From assembly GCA_963719515.1 (NCBI GenBank), contig CAVRCJ010000018.1, positions 1 to 64,000 on the forward strand: a stretch of DNA of 64,000 bases, written 5' to 3'. The DNA comes from an uncultured cyanobacterium (GTDB taxonomy: Bacteria > Cyanobacteriota > Cyanobacteriia > CAKZMO01). This document shows, in pieces, positions 59,804 to 64,000 of this stretch (the stretch's first letter is position 1; every line of letters begins with the position of its first letter). Made by a program: the position numbers and the translations under genes. The notes below the pieces were generated by a model. That model saw only the letters and a list, made by a program, of their open reading frames with translations, did no database searches and had not been told where the DNA came from.

Positions 59804-60262
59804 ATGGCGCAATCTCAGAGCAGCATGTTTCGCTACCCCCGCACCCTCTACCTGCGAGATACCGACGCCGCTGGCGTGGCCTACTTTGCCAGCCTGCTCA
59901 GCATCTGTCACGAGGCCTACGAAGCCTCGCTAACCGCCGCCGCCGCCCCGCTAGCCGATTTGCTCACTCAGTCTGACATTGCCGTCCCGGTGATCCACGC
60001 TAGCGCCCGCTTTCTACAGCCCCTGCGCTGCGGCGATCGCTGCGAGGTTCACCTTGTCCCCCACGACTGGCAAGCCCACCGCTTCTCTGTGACCTATCGC
60101 CTCCAGCTCTCCAGCGATACGGCCGCCACCCCTGCCGCCACCGCTTTGACGCAGCACTACTGCATCCACCCCGGCACCCGGCAGCAACAGCCCTTACCGC
60201 CGCCGCTGCAGCGCTGGTATCAGCGCTGGGCCGAGCCGATGCCCGAAGCCGATGCCCAATAG
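59804..60262 (+). CDS. Acyl-CoA thioesterase, probably DHNA-CoA hydrolase
   Basis: DTDAAGVAYFA, CHEAYE motifs; next to menE. Confidence 0.85.
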   Translation: MAQSQSSMFRYPRTLYLRDTDAAGVAYFASLLSICHEAYEASLTAAAAPLADLLTQSDIAVPVIHASARFLQPLRCGDRCEVHLVPHDWQAHRFSVTYRLQLSSDTAATPAATALTQHYCIHPGTRQQQPLPPPLQRWYQRWAEPMPEADAQ

Positions 60263-60278
60263 CCTTCACGCACAAACG

Positions 60279-61706
60279 CTAAGCTTTCCCTGAGGCGATC
60301 GCCCGCAGTGCCCTGCGGTCTAGCTTGCCCTGAGCGCTCCGGGGGAGCTCCGGCAAAGCAATCCAGCGGCTGGGGTGCTTATAGCGGCTGAGGCACTGTG
60401 AGAGGGCTGTCTCAAGCCCGTTGGGTTCGCTAGGGGCAGCCTCACCCGGTGCAGCCGGTGAAGACGCCTTCGAAGGAACGTACAGCGCCACCGGCGTTTC
60501 CCCCCAATGCCCATCCTCAACGCCAATAACAGCCACGTCCTCCACCAGACCAGTCGCCCGAATCGCGGCCTCCACCTCTGCTGGGAATATGTTTTCTCCC
60601 CCCGAAATAATCGCGTCGCTCCGGCGTCCCGTCAGATGGAGAACCCCAGCCTCTAAGTACCCCAGATCATCCGTTTCAAGCTGGGCCGGATAACTCGCCT
60701 GGGGATAGTAGCCCAGGTGCAGAGACTGAGCGACGATCGCAACTTGCCCTCTGCCCTCGGTCGGGCTGCCGTAGGCGTCGACGATCTTGATTTGGGCGTG
60801 GGGCAGCGCAGAGCCACAGCCGGTCCGTCCCGCCAAGAAATCCTCAGGTTTGAGCGTCGCCACCTGAGACGCCGTCTCCGTCATTCCGTAGGTAGGGGCA
60901 AGGGGAAGCTGCAGCGATCGCCCTCGATCGAGAAGTGAGGGCCAAGCCGGGGCTCCGCCGAGAAGAATAGCGCGAAAGCGGCGTAGGGCAATGGCGTCTG
61001 GGCTTGAGAGGAGCTGCTGCAGCTGAGACGGCACCAGCGAAAGGAAAAAGGGCTCGGGTGCGGGTGCGGGCTGGGTGAGCGATCGCCAGGGCCGGATCAC
61101 CAGCTGCCCCCCCGAGAGCCAGCAGCGCATAAACTGCATCAGCCCGCTCACGTGGTAGAGGGGCAAGGTGCAGCAGGCGTTGACGGTCTGGCAGTCGAAG
61201 TACTGCCGAAAGCCTTGAACCGACGCCGACAGAGTTTCCCAGGTGTGAATAGAAAACTTCAGCGCTCCTGACGTACCGCCTGTGGGAATCATAATCCAGC
61301 GGCGATTTCGAGCAGGTCGATGAGCCGATTCGGGCCTCTTTCCGCTGGGCAAGCTTGGAACGAGCTGGGGCGTAGAGGTCGTCGCTCCGTCACGCCAAAC
61401 CAGCGTCGGCTGTGCGATCGCGATCGCGGTCCGCCATTCGCTGTCGGTCCAGCGTGGGTTGGCCAAGAAGAGGGGGCATTCTGCCGCACAGGCCGCCAGA
61501 AATGACGCCAGGAAGACCTCCGGTCGGCGCTCTGACAGCATCACGGCTGGCGGCACAGCCTCCGCCGTGAGCTGACGATATCGCCGCTCAAAGGTGGCCT
61601 CAAATTTGCCCGAGACATGGCCCGAGCTATGGCCCGAGACGGCGCCATGAACTTGCAGCCAAGGGGTGCCGCAGCGCTGCTGATAACTCTCTAGAGACGA
61701 GACCAT
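60279..61706 (-). CDS. menE: O-succinylbenzoate-CoA ligase
   Basis: PTGGTSG, YGMTETASQV, SGGENIFP, GK motifs; next to menC. Confidence 0.88.
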   Translation of the reverse strand: MVSSLESYQQRCGTPWLQVHGAVSGHSSGHVSGKFEATFERRYRQLTAEAVPPAVMLSERRPEVFLASFLAACAAECPLFLANPRWTDSEWRTAIAIAQPTLVWRDGATTSTPQLVPSLPSGKRPESAHRPARNRRWIMIPTGGTSGALKFSIHTWETLSASVQGFRQYFDCQTVNACCTLPLYHVSGLMQFMRCWLSGGQLVIRPWRSLTQPAPAPEPFFLSLVPSQLQQLLSSPDAIALRRFRAILLGGAPAWPSLLDRGRSLQLPLAPTYGMTETASQVATLKPEDFLAGRTGCGSALPHAQIKIVDAYGSPTEGRGQVAIVAQSLHLGYYPQASYPAQLETDDLGYLEAGVLHLTGRRSDAIISGGENIFPAEVEAAIRATGLVEDVAVIGVEDGHWGETPVALYVPSKASSPAAPGEAAPSEPNGLETALSQCLSRYKHPSRWIALPELPRSAQGKLDRRALRAIASGKA

Positions 61707-62662
61707 AGCGATTGGGGAGATTCCTGCTCAAAACCATCGGCAAACCACTGCTCGACCCCAAACCCCAGCGATCGCCTTGGCGGATGGGCAGCCACCAAGT
61801 AATCAAAGATGTAGGTTCGGGCCACAGCGGTTTCAAAGACCGATGACCATATTACATCCGCCCGGTAGCGCCGGCAGACCTGCCGCAGCTGTGACGGGAA
61901 CCCGGCGATCGCCGCTTTGACCACCACTACACCTTGCCAGCCTGCCTCCAGACAGCGCTCTAGCTGCGCCACCGTGGCCACAGATTCGTCTAGCGCCAGC
62001 GGGGTTTGGTAGCGAGGCTGGAGGGCCAGCATTTGAGAAAACTGTTGGGGAGGGAGGGGCTGCTCTACGCAGTCGATGGTCGCCGCTGACTGCGCCGCCA
62101 GGCGATCGCACTGGTCGAGCCAGGCGATCGCTTCTCCTCCCCTGAGGCCGCCGTTGGCGTCGAGTCGCAGCGCCGCGCCTGCAGGCAGCGCAGCCATGAG
62201 CTGCTCCAGCAGGGCTAGCTCATGGGCTACCTCAGCGACGCCAATTTTCCACTTGAACGTGCGGTATCCCTGACCCCAGGGCGATCGCCAAGCGCTGAGC
62301 GCATCGGCCCCGGCGGGCAGCAGATAGGCGCTAGCCAGGCCAGGGGCGGGGGCTAATGGTTTGACCTGTGACCTGTGCTGTTCCCAGGCAGACGCCAGCC
62401 CAAATCGACAGGCGGGGTGGGTTGCGGGAATGTTGCGAATCTGAGCCAGCGAAATCTCTGGCGGGAGCCTCTGACAGAGCGCTATGGCCTGGGTCAGAGT
62501 TTCGCTACCAAACCACGGCAGTGGGGCAATTTCCCCGTAGCGGTGACTGTCTCCTTGGGAGAGCTTTACTAAAATCCCTTCGCGCCAGTCCCAGCGGCCG
62601 TGAGCGGTGTGGAGCGATCGCCGGAAAGGGCGGCGATAGGGGCGATAGGCAAAGCGACACAT
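61691..62662 (-). CDS. menC: O-succinylbenzoate synthase
   Basis: FKWKIG, LRLDANG, EQP, LDES, SSVFET motifs. Confidence 0.9.
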   Translation of the reverse strand: MCRFAYRPYRRPFRRSLHTAHGRWDWREGILVKLSQGDSHRYGEIAPLPWFGSETLTQAIALCQRLPPEISLAQIRNIPATHPACRFGLASAWEQHRSQVKPLAPAPGLASAYLLPAGADALSAWRSPWGQGYRTFKWKIGVAEVAHELALLEQLMAALPAGAALRLDANGGLRGGEAIAWLDQCDRLAAQSAATIDCVEQPLPPQQFSQMLALQPRYQTPLALDESVATVAQLERCLEAGWQGVVVVKAAIAGFPSQLRQVCRRYRADVIWSSVFETAVARTYIFDYLVAAHPPRRSLGFGVEQWFADGFEQESPQSLWSRL

Positions 62663-63423
62663 TACTCAAAGGCGGGGCTTGAGGAGGGCGTAGGGTCTGC
62701 CGCCGCGCCACACAGATCTCCTAGCGCGCTGTGCAGATCGCCGGTCAGCCGCCGCGCGATTTGCTTCGCTTCGCTGGCGTCAGCATCGCCGTTGGAGCAA
62801 TAGCGCTCTACCGCAAGCGGCTTACCGATGTGAATCGTGACATCGCATCCCCAACCCGGCACCAGCTGGCTGTAGGACAGGGAAATAGGCACTACGTTGA
62901 CCCCGATACCGGGCTGCGCCAGCTCAGTCTGCACCGCCAGGCGGGCCAGACCGGGCTTGAGGGGATGCATCTGGCGATCGCGGAAAATACCGCCTTCGGG
63001 AAAGATAACCATCATTTCTTTGTTTTGCAGCACGTCTGCGCCATAGCGAAGACTGGCAATTCCAGGCTGGCGGGTGTTGATGGGAAACCCCCCCAAGCGG
63101 CGGATAAACCAACCTTGCAGCCCTTTGACTTCGTCCGCCGTCACCATAAACCGCAGATCCCGCCCGGTCACGTAGCGCCCCGTAGCGTAGGGCACCAGCA
63201 GCGCGTCCCAGCGGGAGCGATGCGTTGGCGCTAGGATCACCGGGCCCTGGGTCGGGATATGCTCTTGGCCAGACACCGTGATTTTCCCGAAGTACGCCGG
63301 CAGGACCACCCTGCACCCCAAGGGATAGACGACGGAAACCAGCCAAGGCGAAATGCGGGACTTAATCTCGGCGGTGGGTTGGGAGGGAACAATCGTAGGC
63401 ATGAGTATGGAGGGTGTTAGCAC
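62662..63423 (-). CDS. plsC: 1-acyl-sn-glycerol-3-phosphate acyltransferase
   Basis: THRSRWD and FPEG motifs. Confidence 0.88.
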   Translation of the reverse strand: MLTPSILMPTIVPSQPTAEIKSRISPWLVSVVYPLGCRVVLPAYFGKITVSGQEHIPTQGPVILAPTHRSRWDALLVPYATGRYVTGRDLRFMVTADEVKGLQGWFIRRLGGFPINTRQPGIASLRYGADVLQNKEMMVIFPEGGIFRDRQMHPLKPGLARLAVQTELAQPGIGVNVVPISLSYSQLVPGWGCDVTIHIGKPLAVERYCSNGDADASEAKQIARRLTGDLHSALGDLCGAAADPTPSSSPAFE

Positions 63424-63606
63424 GGGTTGGCTCGGCCTTTAGCCGTAAGGATTGATTTTCTTTTACACTTTAGAGAACAGTTCAGCGGCTTTCGGCATGG
63501 CCAAGGCCAGTTTAATGTCCGTCTCAAACAATGGCGCGCGGCCGTCCGAGCGGAAAGCTGCCCCGATGACCCTGCATAGGGGGCCAGCGCGTCTGCCTCG
63601 CGCCCG

Positions 63607-64000
63607 TCACGAGCGGCGGGCTGCAAACCAGTCCTGGAGCTGCTTGCGGCAGGGCGCTTCCAAAATTCCGCCAACGACGCGGGGGCTGTGGTTTGAGCAG
63701 GGACCGTCAAACAGGTTCATTGCCGTGCGGGCTGCTCCTGTTTTGAGATCGTCCGCGCCGTAAACCAGAGTCTTGAGGCGAGACAAGATGATGGCTCCGG
63801 CGCACATAGGGCAGGGCTCTAAGGTGACATAGAGCGTACAGTTCGCCAATCGCCAGGTTTGAGCCTTTGCTCCCGCAGTTCGCAGCGCAATAATCTCGGC
63901 GTGAGCCGTCGGATCATGGCCTCGCTCGCGGTTGTTTTGCCCTTCGGCCAGCAGATGGTTGTCGCCATCCACTACCACCGCCCCCACGGGAATTTCACCC
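63607..64000 (-). CDS. tadA: tRNA adenosine(34) deaminase, 5' end outside the window
   Basis: GEIPVGAV, HAE, LEPCPMC motifs. Confidence 0.92.
   Translation of the reverse strand, partial: GEIPVGAVVVDGDNHLLAEGQNNRERGHDPTAHAEIIALRTAGAKAQTWRLANCTLYVTLEPCPMCAGAIILSRLKTLVYGADDLKTGAARTAMNLFDGPCSNHSPRVVGGILEAPCRKQLQDWFAARRS

Noticed and set aside
219..63763. Numerous overlapping antisense or alternate-frame ORFs in the track
   Set aside because: Shadow ORFs expected at high GC; they overlap well-supported genes and lack motifs

Overview
Chromosomal window from a cyanobacterium (very frequent HIP1 octamer GCGATCGC, cyanobacterial 6S RNA, rbp, DUF561, men genes). Positions ~1-13.9 kb and ~43.2-64 kb are mostly housekeeping genes. 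Positions ~13.9-43.2 kb form a heavily rearranged accessory and defence region. It holds: (i) four intact members and two remnants of a dispersed module (promoter + ~230-nt structured RNA leader + ~120-aa small ORF); the three close copies begin exactly at HIP1 sites and each sits beside low-GC defence-type cargo; (ii) a collapsed mini-integron (intI with its middle deleted, an attI-like region, one 2.5-kb restriction-modification cassette, attC); (iii) a Lamassu/ABC-three-component operon whose LmuA lacks a recognisable catalytic effector and shares a helical domain with an extra upstream gene; (iv) an IS1 splitting a ~1164-aa gene and a tnpB-only element inserted in a racemase start (a second, frameshifted tnpB element lies at 58.5-59.8 kb); (v) repeated internally deleted duplicates of neighbouring genes. 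All calls come from reading the sequence and recognising motifs; no database searches were run.
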